Notes under the pieces: generated by a model
Seen by the model: only the letters and a program-made list of their open reading frames with translations
Told to the model about the DNA's origin: nothing
Database searches by the model: none
In this document: in pieces, positions 19,155 through 28,018 of the stretch
Numbering within the stretch: position 1 is the stretch's first letter
How the letters are laid out: every line of letters starts with the position of its first letter
Source: Candidatus Omnitrophota bacterium
GTDB lineage: Bacteria; Omnitrophota; Gorgyraeia; B26-G9; JBDRCZ01
NCBI GenBank assembly: GCA_043821285.1
Contig: JBDRCZ010000019.1
Coordinates: forward strand, 2,234 to 66,233
Length of the DNA: 64,000 nt
Direction of reading: 5' to 3'
Position numbers and translations under genes: made by a program

Positions 19155-20458
19155 TGTTTTCTCCGTAACATAAGTTTCAATAAAAAATTTAGTCTATTTA
19201 AAATTGCCAACTTCATTTTCAAATACCACAACTTAATAAAAGGGGTTAAGTCATCAAAAGACAAAACCGCGAAAGTTTTCTTTCCGGCGAATATCTTTAA
19301 CCAATTACCTAATGTCAACTTTCTCTTTTTTATCAAATGCCGTGCCATATCAAACTCTTTATCCAGGTATATCCAGGTAACGTTTTCTTTAAATAACGGC
19401 ATTTTAGTTTTACGATCATAAGCCCCCAGCATATCTAAATAACAAATATATGGGAGATTTACACCCGCAGCAGAAGCAAGTCCGACAGTCTGTACTGGTC
19501 TAGCATTTATTTCAATCAGTTTATACCTATTATCTATAGCATCTAATTTGAATTCGACACCAGCAATACCTTTATAATGCAATGACCTAAGCAGGCGATT
19601 AGCCAATTCTTTAACCACAGGTATATTCTCACTTTTAGTTAAACAACAATATCCAAAACCCATTGGATATTGTCTTAGTTTTTTTCTTATACAATATGCT
19701 AATAATTCGGACGTTCGGTTATAATAACATAAAAATGTTATATTACGCTCTACTTCCCCCTGAATTACATTCTGAACCATAATATTACGGTCAAGTTTTG
19801 ATATTTCTTTATATCGCTTGATTAATTCATCCCTGTCTTTAACCATAACGGCCTTACCCCATTTCAGTTCTGTCTCGATCAAAGGCTTCCGCCAAGAATG
19901 TGCAATAATCGGTTTTATTACCGATGGATAATCAATATTTTTCCCCAGATCAATAACATCTGCATAATGTTGCGGAAAAAAGGTCTCGGGGATATCGACT
20001 TGCGCCAAAACAGCAATTTCGTATTGCCTTTTTTTATTTAAAATATTACTGATAACCTCTCTTTCCGGCAAAGGAATTTCATAAAATTTCCTTAAGACCT
20101 CCTGATACTTATTAATAAACCCTAAACATTCATCACTCGCAGGAAACATCACGCCTTTTTTTTTACACCTCTTTCCATAATTGATGATGAATGATAATAA
20201 CTCTTCCTCTTTATCCAGATTGGGACATTCCATGTGCATACAATACCTGGAAGATAACCCAAAGTCTAACTTATTTGGATGAAACCTAATAACCGGGACA
20301 CCTTCCCTGCCCAAATCACGTGATAGGCTTAAAGCGATAATATTAATCTCCGGATACTTTGGATTAGACCGCGGATCGTGCGAGAGTATAAAAACCGGCG
20401 ATTTATTTGCACTATTTAACAAATCATATTTATTATTTATCGTAGCCGTTTTTTTCAT
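19148..20458 (-). CDS. ATP-grasp domain ligase
   Basis: 436 aa. GIAGVEFKLDAIDNRYKLIEINARP is the ATP-grasp catalytic loop (E-x-N). Confidence 0.65.
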   Translation of the reverse strand: MKKTATINNKYDLLNSANKSPVFILSHDPRSNPKYPEINIIALSLSRDLGREGVPVIRFHPNKLDFGLSSRYCMHMECPNLDKEEELLSFIINYGKRCKKKGVMFPASDECLGFINKYQEVLRKFYEIPLPEREVISNILNKKRQYEIAVLAQVDIPETFFPQHYADVIDLGKNIDYPSVIKPIIAHSWRKPLIETELKWGKAVMVKDRDELIKRYKEISKLDRNIMVQNVIQGEVERNITFLCYYNRTSELLAYCIRKKLRQYPMGFGYCCLTKSENIPVVKELANRLLRSLHYKGIAGVEFKLDAIDNRYKLIEINARPVQTVGLASAAGVNLPYICYLDMLGAYDRKTKMPLFKENVTWIYLDKEFDMARHLIKKRKLTLGNWLKIFAGKKTFAVLSFDDLTPFIKLWYLKMKLAILNRLNFLLKLMLRRKQC

Positions 20459-20515
20459 ATCAGGTTGCTATTTTTAATCTTATTTTTTGTCTTTAAATTT
20501 ACGTAAAATTTTAAT

Positions 20516-21193
20516 TCAATAATCAAAATTCTTCATTAATCTTTCAGGATGAAAATTAAATATTTTAATTCCTAAGAATCTTAAATAAAAAATACACCCG
20601 ATTTTCCTGAATCCTATTTTTGTATATATCTTTTGTGAAACATGATTTGACGGAACAATGTGGCACATAATAAATGCTCTGCCTTGAGCCTTTAGCATTT
20701 TCATCGATTCATTTATCATATACAGTGCAATTTTTTTACCACGGTAATCCGGATGAATAAATGTATCATAAATAAACACTAAATTGGGGGGAACTGATAT
20801 ATTCATTAGGTACTCTTTAAAATATGTTTTGTGCAATGCTATTTTCAAAAAACCTATAATTTTATTATTATGCGTAACATTCAAAAAATAATGATTATTT
20901 TGCCGGGCAGTCCTTATCTCCTTTGTTTCTTCACAATAGAAAATCCCATTGTGTAAATTATCTTTTTCCCATTTTAATGTCTCTTCTATAGAGTGATAAT
21001 TAATATCTACAGTGATATTGGGAATTATCTCTACAGATGATTCTGATAACTTCCTGACATACCAGTAAGACGTATGCCATCCAAAAAGCACCTTCCTTGT
21101 TTTTTTAAATACTCTATATAACAAAACACCAAGTCCGCCGGTTTTGTAAGCACGTACTATCTTTTCTTTAATGTTTAGATCTTTATCGTTCAT
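20516..21193 (-). CDS. GNAT family N-acetyltransferase
   Basis: 225 aa. FIHPDYRGKKIALYMINESMKMLKAQG is the GNAT motif A (R/Q-x-x-G-x-G/A). Confidence 0.55.
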   Translation of the reverse strand: MNDKDLNIKEKIVRAYKTGGLGVLLYRVFKKTRKVLFGWHTSYWYVRKLSESSVEIIPNITVDINYHSIEETLKWEKDNLHNGIFYCEETKEIRTARQNNHYFLNVTHNNKIIGFLKIALHKTYFKEYLMNISVPPNLVFIYDTFIHPDYRGKKIALYMINESMKMLKAQGRAFIMCHIVPSNHVSQKIYTKIGFRKIGCIFYLRFLGIKIFNFHPERLMKNFDY

Positions 21194-21272
21194 TTATATA
21201 TATACCATAATCGTCACTTGCGTTGACTTAAAATATCATTCATCTGTGCTGTTCTAATTTCAATCTGTTTTG

Positions 21273-22388
21273 TTACCTCAGTTCCCCCCGCCGGTATCGC
21301 ATTAACTTTTGTTTTTTAATATTAGTGATAACCTTGTATTCCAAAAAAGCTAATATTTTGCCATAACCACTGTTGCCAAAAAAATAACAGTAACAATGTT
21401 TCCTTACTAAAGATGTCCATCGCAGCTTATAGCGGTCCTTGTCGCCTAATAAATCATATTCATTAGCATTATTATCAAAACTATTTTTTATCACAAAAGT
21501 ATCAAGTAATACGCTCGGAGATAAACGGTAATATTTCTCATCAAAACCTGTCTTGAGCGAATAAATATTTTTTTTATAACGCAAACTGAATTCAAAAGCA
21601 ATCGGCCGGCCATTAATCTTTAATATCCAAATGTTCAAATACCCTTTCGATGACATGGCCTCAGCCAATAATCTATAAAAATTCAAGTCATTTGAATTGC
21701 TGGCAATCGCCGTATTTTTTTTGTATTTCCAGGTTTTCTCTGATACAGACATTAAATCTTTCATGCCTTCCGAAACATTATCTTTTACATACAGTATAAT
21801 TTCGTACCTGCCATAACGCCCTACTATATTCCTAACATGCCTCATGCTTTTTCGGAATGTTCTTGAGCGGGTCATTAGATAATCGTCCCAGTTTCTATCT
21901 ATTGAAATATAAGGGGATAAGATGCTTTGTTTTCTCTTGAATTTAAAATTATCTTCCTGCAGAGCTTCGAGCAAAAACTTGTCGGTTAAACACTCCTCCG
22001 GGATATAATCAAAAAAAATCATATCAAATTTAGCATTTGAATTTATGATATATTGCAATAAATGCCGGACGGCTTCATTTCCTTTCTTAATTATCACAAA
22101 TCCCACCCTGTTTGAATGGTCATTGCATATCAGGGTAATTGCCCTTACGGGAAGACCCCGGAATTTTATCATTTTTTTCATCAATGGGGCAATCGCGATA
22201 ATTTCACCACCCTGCTTAACGAGGATAATAAACATTTCATTTTTATCACCATAACACTTCCACCAGCAGGAAAACCATTCAAAGGTCATGAACGGTATGT
22301 CCATATCGCTCTGCGCCAGTAAATCATTCCATACTGATTCAAACTTAAGAAATTTATCAAATTTATCGATAACTTCTATCTGCATCAT
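21273..22388 (-). CDS. FemAB/CelD-like GNAT-fold transferase (paralog of 16900-18042)
   Basis: 371 aa, similar in length and N-terminal motifs to the 16900-18042 product. Confidence 0.55.
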   Translation of the reverse strand: MMQIEVIDKFDKFLKFESVWNDLLAQSDMDIPFMTFEWFSCWWKCYGDKNEMFIILVKQGGEIIAIAPLMKKMIKFRGLPVRAITLICNDHSNRVGFVIIKKGNEAVRHLLQYIINSNAKFDMIFFDYIPEECLTDKFLLEALQEDNFKFKRKQSILSPYISIDRNWDDYLMTRSRTFRKSMRHVRNIVGRYGRYEIILYVKDNVSEGMKDLMSVSEKTWKYKKNTAIASNSNDLNFYRLLAEAMSSKGYLNIWILKINGRPIAFEFSLRYKKNIYSLKTGFDEKYYRLSPSVLLDTFVIKNSFDNNANEYDLLGDKDRYKLRWTSLVRKHCYCYFFGNSGYGKILAFLEYKVITNIKKQKLMRYRRGELR

Positions 22389-22397
22389 AATATCAAT

Positions 22398-23567
22398 TCA
22401 CCCGGATATGTATTTTCTTTTGTATCTTTTTGTATAGTCAACTATTTTTCGCTTTATTGCCTGGGGTATCGTCGGATTTCTTTGTGCGCCTAGGATACAC
22501 TGCTGGCAAATTTTTACTTGTTTATTTTTTATGGCCCTAAGAAAATCACGATGCCTCTTATTTTCCCATATTTTGCTAATCGACATCTCGCAGATATTTC
22601 CTAGATGATAATTTTGAAAAAATAAGCATGGCAAAACATTGCCGCTGGGGTCAATCGTAATATGATACCTTGAAATATAGCAGCGCTCATGCTGACAAGA
22701 GCCTTTAACCAAATCTTGTACACGAAAACAGTCAATATTATCTGTATCCAAATATATTTTCTCTCTATATTTCCTTTCTAATTCATCTATTTTTGTTTTT
22801 AAATAACGCGCCTGTTTTTCATTGAGAAGTAAACTATCATTTTGTCTTTGATAATACGGATTTGCTACAATATCTGCCACTTTTGACTGCTGGATAAGTT
22901 CCGGAGAAAATTCACCGTAATATTCAAAATGTAACTGATCCGCTCCCAAATCAATGGCATACGGTAAAAGCTCGTCAAACTTATCAATATTCAAGTTAGA
23001 CACGGTGCAATAAATACTAATTGAAGGATACGCACGCTTCCCTTTTATCCTAACCATCTCTTTTAATCCCTGCGTAGCTCTTTCAAAAATACCTTTTACT
23101 CCCCGGATATTATCATGTCTTTCTCCTACTGCATCAATGGAAACTCCGATATTATCCGCACCGGTTTCGACCAATTCTTTAGCTATTTCTTTAGTCAATA
23201 AATTACCATTGCTTGTAATATCGCAACTAATGCCTTTGCACTTGATATATTTTGCCAGGGGAAATAGTATTTCTTTTTTTAATAAGACATCTCCGCCAAA
23301 AAGATAAATCAGACCAATTTTAAGTTCCGCAAGCATGTCCACCGCTTTCTTCCATTCGGTTAAATCCATTTCTCGATAATCATACGGCCTCTTCCACATC
23401 TGACACATCTTACAGCGGGAGGAACACCGATAAGTTAAAAAAAATAATGCCTCACGAGGCTTAATCTGATAATAAGCAGCCTCTCTCTTGCCTAACCAGA
23501 TGATAAAATCAAAAAAATCTCTGATTACATTAGTCGTAAGTTTGAACCCGTTAAATATCTTTTTCAT
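22398..23567 (-). CDS. Radical SAM enzyme with SPASM-type C-terminal Cys cluster
   Basis: CSSRCKMCQMW (CxxxCxxC) and a C-terminal CQQC. The ORF track extends to 23804, but the upstream 79 codons run through a repeat element. The start is taken at MKKIFNGF. Confidence 0.75.
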   Translation of the reverse strand: MKKIFNGFKLTTNVIRDFFDFIIWLGKREAAYYQIKPREALFFLTYRCSSRCKMCQMWKRPYDYREMDLTEWKKAVDMLAELKIGLIYLFGGDVLLKKEILFPLAKYIKCKGISCDITSNGNLLTKEIAKELVETGADNIGVSIDAVGERHDNIRGVKGIFERATQGLKEMVRIKGKRAYPSISIYCTVSNLNIDKFDELLPYAIDLGADQLHFEYYGEFSPELIQQSKVADIVANPYYQRQNDSLLLNEKQARYLKTKIDELERKYREKIYLDTDNIDCFRVQDLVKGSCQHERCYISRYHITIDPSGNVLPCLFFQNYHLGNICEMSISKIWENKRHRDFLRAIKNKQVKICQQCILGAQRNPTIPQAIKRKIVDYTKRYKRKYISG

Positions 23568-23625
23568 AATTATGTTAAACGCCCCGCCACAGACTCTTTG
23601 GCAGGGGAGCATAACCCCTACATTT

Positions 23626-23777
23626 AAACCTGAGTATTCCCTGTAGCAAGCTATAGGGTAAAAAGTTTTTGTTTTTTGCGAAATTGTCGAAGATCCGCCG
23701 TGGCGGGGCGAAGACAATTTCGCTTGCAGTTGTCGGAGGCAACTGACCGGAAAATGATTGCATTTTTCGTGTATGAA
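23626..23777. repeat. Copy 1 of a ~150-bp structured intergenic repeat. It is the inverted partner of 58778-58930.
   Basis: It is about 90% identical to the reverse complement of 58778-58930. It contains hairpins GAAAATGattgCATTTTC, CAGTTGtcggaggCAACTG and a long one, GCGAAATTGTCGAAGATCCGCC-gtgg-CGGGGCGAAGACAATTTCGC. Confidence 0.7.
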
Positions 23778-23813
23778 CCCCCCTTGATAGCAGAGTGGCT
23801 GCATTTAACATTC

Positions 23814-24587
23814 TCAATAAATTCCAATTTTATTTAAACTTTTTTTAAACGGCAAAAACACATTTTCTCTCAATCTTCTCTTTAACCCATTTTTGTACCG
23901 GCTTAAAATATTTGACGGTTCTTCTTCCTCTGAAATCGGATAGGAATAATTACAAACAATAGCCTTAAACTTATCTTTTAGGCAACCGATAAAATCCGCA
24001 AATTCTTCTCTGGTTTCAGAAACGTAATCCGGTGAATATGCTATGTAAATATATTCCGGGATAGTGCGGCAATTATATGACAAAAAATCTTTTATACTTT
24101 TTTGCCGCTGTTGTTTTGTTTTATTCTTTAAAGCAAAAAAATCCCAGTCAATATCCAGATGTTCACCTTCTTCAAGTTCTATGGCCGGTGAATACAATAT
24201 TTCTGTGTATTTCAACGGATAGTTTTTTGCCGGCGAGAAAAACGTTTTTATCCGATAAGGAACCGCCGTCAAATCCGAGGTATATTTTACATGCGTCATA
24301 TCCTTATCCCGTCCGCCATAATGGTCATGTAACCACTTTATTTCTTTTATTATTCCATCCCGCACGGCAAGACTGATAAAATTACCGCAGTCGACTGTTT
24401 TTAATTCCGGCAAAATATACACAACTTCTCTGCTTTTGTTAACAAGCAGATGATGCATGTCACAGTGTGTATCCAAATGCAATATCTTAATGTTTTGAAA
24501 ACCTAATTTGCGCCAGAGGAAAAGTAATTCATGGTGATGCTCAACAATATAAATTACGGGTTTAATCTTCATCTTAGCAGTCATCAC
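23814..24587 (-). CDS. Hypothetical protein with His-rich motifs (VEHHHELL, HLDTHCDMHH); possibly a metal-dependent hydrolase
   Basis: 257-aa ORF. I recognise no confident family. Confidence 0.35.
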   Translation of the reverse strand: MMTAKMKIKPVIYIVEHHHELLFLWRKLGFQNIKILHLDTHCDMHHLLVNKSREVVYILPELKTVDCGNFISLAVRDGIIKEIKWLHDHYGGRDKDMTHVKYTSDLTAVPYRIKTFFSPAKNYPLKYTEILYSPAIELEEGEHLDIDWDFFALKNKTKQQRQKSIKDFLSYNCRTIPEYIYIAYSPDYVSETREEFADFIGCLKDKFKAIVCNYSYPISEEEEPSNILSRYKNGLKRRLRENVFLPFKKSLNKIGIY

Positions 24588-24617
24588 CTTTTAAGTTTTC
24601 CAGCACATCGCAAGTTA

Positions 24618-26033
24618 TCAACTCTCCAATCTCCTAAAATCATCATTAACCCTTTCAATATCATCCTCTTCGAGGCAACTTCCGCTCTGTACTTCCACGA
24701 TTTTCAATATTTTGTCTTTTGGATTTTCCAGCCGGTGAAGTTGCTTAGCGGAGACAAAAATGCTTTCATTACTATGTATGAAACTTACCTTTTTACCACA
24801 GGTTACCCTGGCTACCCCTTCAACAACAACCCAGTGTTCACTGCGAAATTTATGCCGCTGCAGGCTCAGACGTTTATGCGGCATTACCTCGATAAGCTTA
24901 ACCTTAAAACCCCGGCCGTGACTAATTACCAAATAATTCCCCCACGGCCGCTTTACTTTCAAGTGAGAAAAATGTTCAGATCCGCCGCTTTTTTTTACCA
25001 GTTCAACCATCTTTTTTACGTCTTCAGTTTTATCTTTATTACAGATTAAAATCGCATCATTTGTATCAACAATAATCAAATCCCGCAAGGCAATGGTTGA
25101 AATCAGCTTATTATCTCCAAAAACCGTAACATTCTTACTGCCTAAATCTATACAATTTGCCTGAATTAGATTACCCTGGCTATTTTTCTGATATAGTTCA
25201 TCAATGGCCAGCCAGGAACCTAAATCACTCCAGCCAATATTACCGGCGGTCACGATAACAGAAGAATTTGATTTTTCCAGTACTCCGTAATCTATAGATA
25301 TCGGAGAAAGTTTTGTCCACTTATGCTCAAATATATTTTTTTGGTCCAGTGTTTCTATACACCCATACAAGTCTGGCAAAAATTTTCTGATTTCTGCTAA
25401 AATTATCCCGGCCTTCCAGATAAACATGCCACTATTCCAGAAATATCTACCGGTCTTTAAAAACTTTCGCGCAAGCTGCGGATCCGGTTTTTCTTTAAAC
25501 TCACCTACCTGATAAGTGTTTTTTAACCCGGCGATCTTATCTCCTTTTTTAATATAACCATATCCAGTAGAAGGTGACTTTGGCTTTATACCCAAAGTCA
25601 CTAAAAAATTATTTCCTGCTGCCCGCAGTGCACTTTTTACAAGTTTTGTGAATTTACCGGTCATTTTCACGGCATGATCTGAAGGCAATACTATGATTAT
25701 TGCCTCGGGATTATCCCTGGCAATTATCTTTGCCGAAAGAGCAATCGCGCCGGCAGTATTTTTTCCTGAAGGCTCAAATATGATATTATCCTTGGAAATC
25801 CCAAAAACAGAAATCTGTTCTTCTAACTCAAATTTGTGCAGCCTATTTGCTACAATATATATCTTTGATAAATTAACTATAGATAAAATCCGTTTTATCG
25901 TCTGCTGGAGTAATGACTGATTATTGTACAGCTTTAAAAATTGTTTCGGCTCAAGTTCCCGGCTAAGCGGCCAAAACCTGCTGCCTACCCCCCCGGCTAA
26001 TATTACCGCGTATATGTGTTTTTTATTAATCAT
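24618..26033 (-). CDS. manC: Mannose-1-phosphate guanylyltransferase / mannose-6-phosphate isomerase (bifunctional type II PMI-GMP)
   Basis: 471 aa. The N-terminus AVILAGGVGSRFWPLSRELEPKQFL is a nucleotidyl-transferase motif. The C-terminus has a cupin domain with RPWGNYLVI...HKRLSLQRHKFRSEHWVVVEGVA. Confidence 0.85.
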   Translation of the reverse strand: MINKKHIYAVILAGGVGSRFWPLSRELEPKQFLKLYNNQSLLQQTIKRILSIVNLSKIYIVANRLHKFELEEQISVFGISKDNIIFEPSGKNTAGAIALSAKIIARDNPEAIIIVLPSDHAVKMTGKFTKLVKSALRAAGNNFLVTLGIKPKSPSTGYGYIKKGDKIAGLKNTYQVGEFKEKPDPQLARKFLKTGRYFWNSGMFIWKAGIILAEIRKFLPDLYGCIETLDQKNIFEHKWTKLSPISIDYGVLEKSNSSVIVTAGNIGWSDLGSWLAIDELYQKNSQGNLIQANCIDLGSKNVTVFGDNKLISTIALRDLIIVDTNDAILICNKDKTEDVKKMVELVKKSGGSEHFSHLKVKRPWGNYLVISHGRGFKVKLIEVMPHKRLSLQRHKFRSEHWVVVEGVARVTCGKKVSFIHSNESIFVSAKQLHRLENPKDKILKIVEVQSGSCLEEDDIERVNDDFRRLES

Positions 26034-26494
26034 ATCCAGCTCTCATGAATCTTCCCGGTTGTGCCAAAACTATCCGCATGTTTTTCTAATCAACCACAGA
26101 CTTTCACAGATTATTATTTTTTTAGCTACGGATTTACACGGATGTAGCACGGATTTTTTAAATAAAAAATTTTCTTCTGCTTGATCATCTCTCCTCCACA
26201 ATGCATTGGCGGATCTTTGATGTAGCAAAAAAACTACAGGGCATTATGCCAAGCTGATAAGGCAATGCAACACCGGAATTTTTTTATCTATTCGTAAAAA
26301 TTGGTGTCCTTCGATAGAATTTATCCTGAGAACAATCGAAGGACTCAGGACTTTTCTTAACACTGAGCGAAGTCGAAGTGTGTTATTCGTGGTGTAAATG
26401 TTTTTACCCTCGTATGTTATCCGTGTTCAATCAGTGTCAATCCGTGGCTTTATTGTTTTAAGGCCAAGTATCTATACCATCCGTGCGATTTTTT

Positions 26495-27790
26495 TTAAAG
26501 TTTAACTATTTTTTTATCACTTATGTTTTTCAAGGCATTACGGGTGTCAAAAATAAGCGGGGAATTTTCGATAATAAAGCTATAATCAAATAAACTGTGA
26601 TCCGTCACGATAACCGCACAATCTGTCTTTCTTAAGAGTGCGGCACTAAGTTTTGTGTTTTTAAAACACAAGCTGTTAAATTCAATTTCCGGGACATGGG
26701 GATCACTATAAAAAACATCGGCACCTTTTTTAATCAGCTGTTCAATGATTTCTAAGGCCGGGGATTCCCGGTAATCAGAAACGTCTTTTTTATAGGCCAC
26801 TCCTAAAATTAAAATCTTTGCCTTCTTTAAACTTTTTTCCCGGTCATTTAATATATCAATAATCCTCCCGACCACATGTTCCGGCATTGAACGGTTAATC
26901 TCCGCGGCCAGATCAATAAATCTTGCTTCAAATCCAAACATCCGTGCTTTCCATGATAAATATTGGGGATCTATCGGTATACAGTGGCCGCCAAGACCAG
27001 GACCAGGATAAAATTTCATAAACCCAAACGGCTTGGTTGCCGCAGCATCAATGACTTCCCAGACATTAATCCCCATCTTATGGCACATCAGGGCAATTTC
27101 ATTGACCAGTCCAATGTTTACACTGCGGAAAGTATTTTCCAGCAGTTTCACCGCCTCGGCCACACGGGTAGACTCTACAGGGATAACCGCGTCAACACTC
27201 TGTTCATAAAATAACGTGGCAATCTTTGTACACTTTTTTGTGATCCCTCCGACAACCTTCGGGATATTTTTTGTGGTATATTTTTTGTTTGAAGGGTCAA
27301 CCCGTTCCGGAGAAAATGCCAGCCAAAAATCCGTCCCGGCCTTTAAGCCGCTTTTTTCAAATATCGGCAGCATCACCTCTTCGGTTGTCCCCGGATAGGT
27401 TGTACTTTCCAATATAACCAACTGCCCTTTTGACAAATATTTTGCAATTTTCTCCGTGGCATAAACGATGTAAGATATATCCGGCTCCTTAGTCTTACGC
27501 AATGGTGTAGGCACGCAGATATTAATCGTGTCTACCCTTTTCAAAGCATGATAATCTGTGGTCGCAGAAAGTCTGCCATCAGCAATAATACTTTTCAACA
27601 GTGAACTCTCAACATCATCGATATATGATTTCCCTTTATTAATGGCATCAACTTTCCACCTTTGCAGGTCAATTGCGATAACCTTAAATCCGGCCAAGGC
27701 AAATTCAACTGCTAACGGTAATCCAACATAGCCCATTCCAATTACCGCGCATGTTGCCTTTTTTGTTTTAATCTTCTCTATTATGTCCAT
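26495..27790 (-). CDS. Nucleotide-sugar 6-dehydrogenase (UDP-GlcNAc/UDP-ManNAc dehydrogenase family, WbpA/WecC-like)
   Basis: 431 aa. N-terminal NAD fold CAVIGMGYVGLPLAVEFA, a catalytic-Cys region GGHCIPIDP, and a UDPG_MGDP_dh C-terminal domain. Confidence 0.85.
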   Translation of the reverse strand: MDIIEKIKTKKATCAVIGMGYVGLPLAVEFALAGFKVIAIDLQRWKVDAINKGKSYIDDVESSLLKSIIADGRLSATTDYHALKRVDTINICVPTPLRKTKEPDISYIVYATEKIAKYLSKGQLVILESTTYPGTTEEVMLPIFEKSGLKAGTDFWLAFSPERVDPSNKKYTTKNIPKVVGGITKKCTKIATLFYEQSVDAVIPVESTRVAEAVKLLENTFRSVNIGLVNEIALMCHKMGINVWEVIDAAATKPFGFMKFYPGPGLGGHCIPIDPQYLSWKARMFGFEARFIDLAAEINRSMPEHVVGRIIDILNDREKSLKKAKILILGVAYKKDVSDYRESPALEIIEQLIKKGADVFYSDPHVPEIEFNSLCFKNTKLSAALLRKTDCAVIVTDHSLFDYSFIIENSPLIFDTRNALKNISDKKIVKL

Positions 27791-27965
27791 TATTTCATCC
27801 TTTCATTAATAAAAAAATTCCTTCCCGCCGATTATTTCAGTAAACAAGACCATAGGATATTGCACCGGCTCTATGATGTCCCTGATCACCAGAATTTTTT
27901 TATCCATTTGAAAACCTGCGGTTTTCAGACTTTAAATGACCCGCCAAAAAACATGGCGGGGAATT
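27791..27965 (-). promoter_or_regulatory. Copy C of the promoter/leader module, including the palindrome TTGAAAACCtgcgGGTTTTCAG and ending in AAGGAATTTTTTTATTAATG at the dehydrogenase start
   Basis: Direct sequence comparison with 8987-9120 and 33001-33165. Confidence 0.5.
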
Positions 27966-28018
27966 TAACAATGTCCATTCCCCCCGGTAAACACATAGGG
28001 AACAGGCACGTTTAAAGC

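Noticed and set aside
23575-23817. 80-aa minus-strand ORF, and the N-terminal 79 codons of the radical-SAM ORF, spanning 23568-23804
   Set aside because: Both are read straight through the 150-bp structured repeat (HGGSSTISQKTKTFYP recurs in the plus-frame ORF 58724-58984 of the other copy). This is a repeat-derived artefact, not coding.
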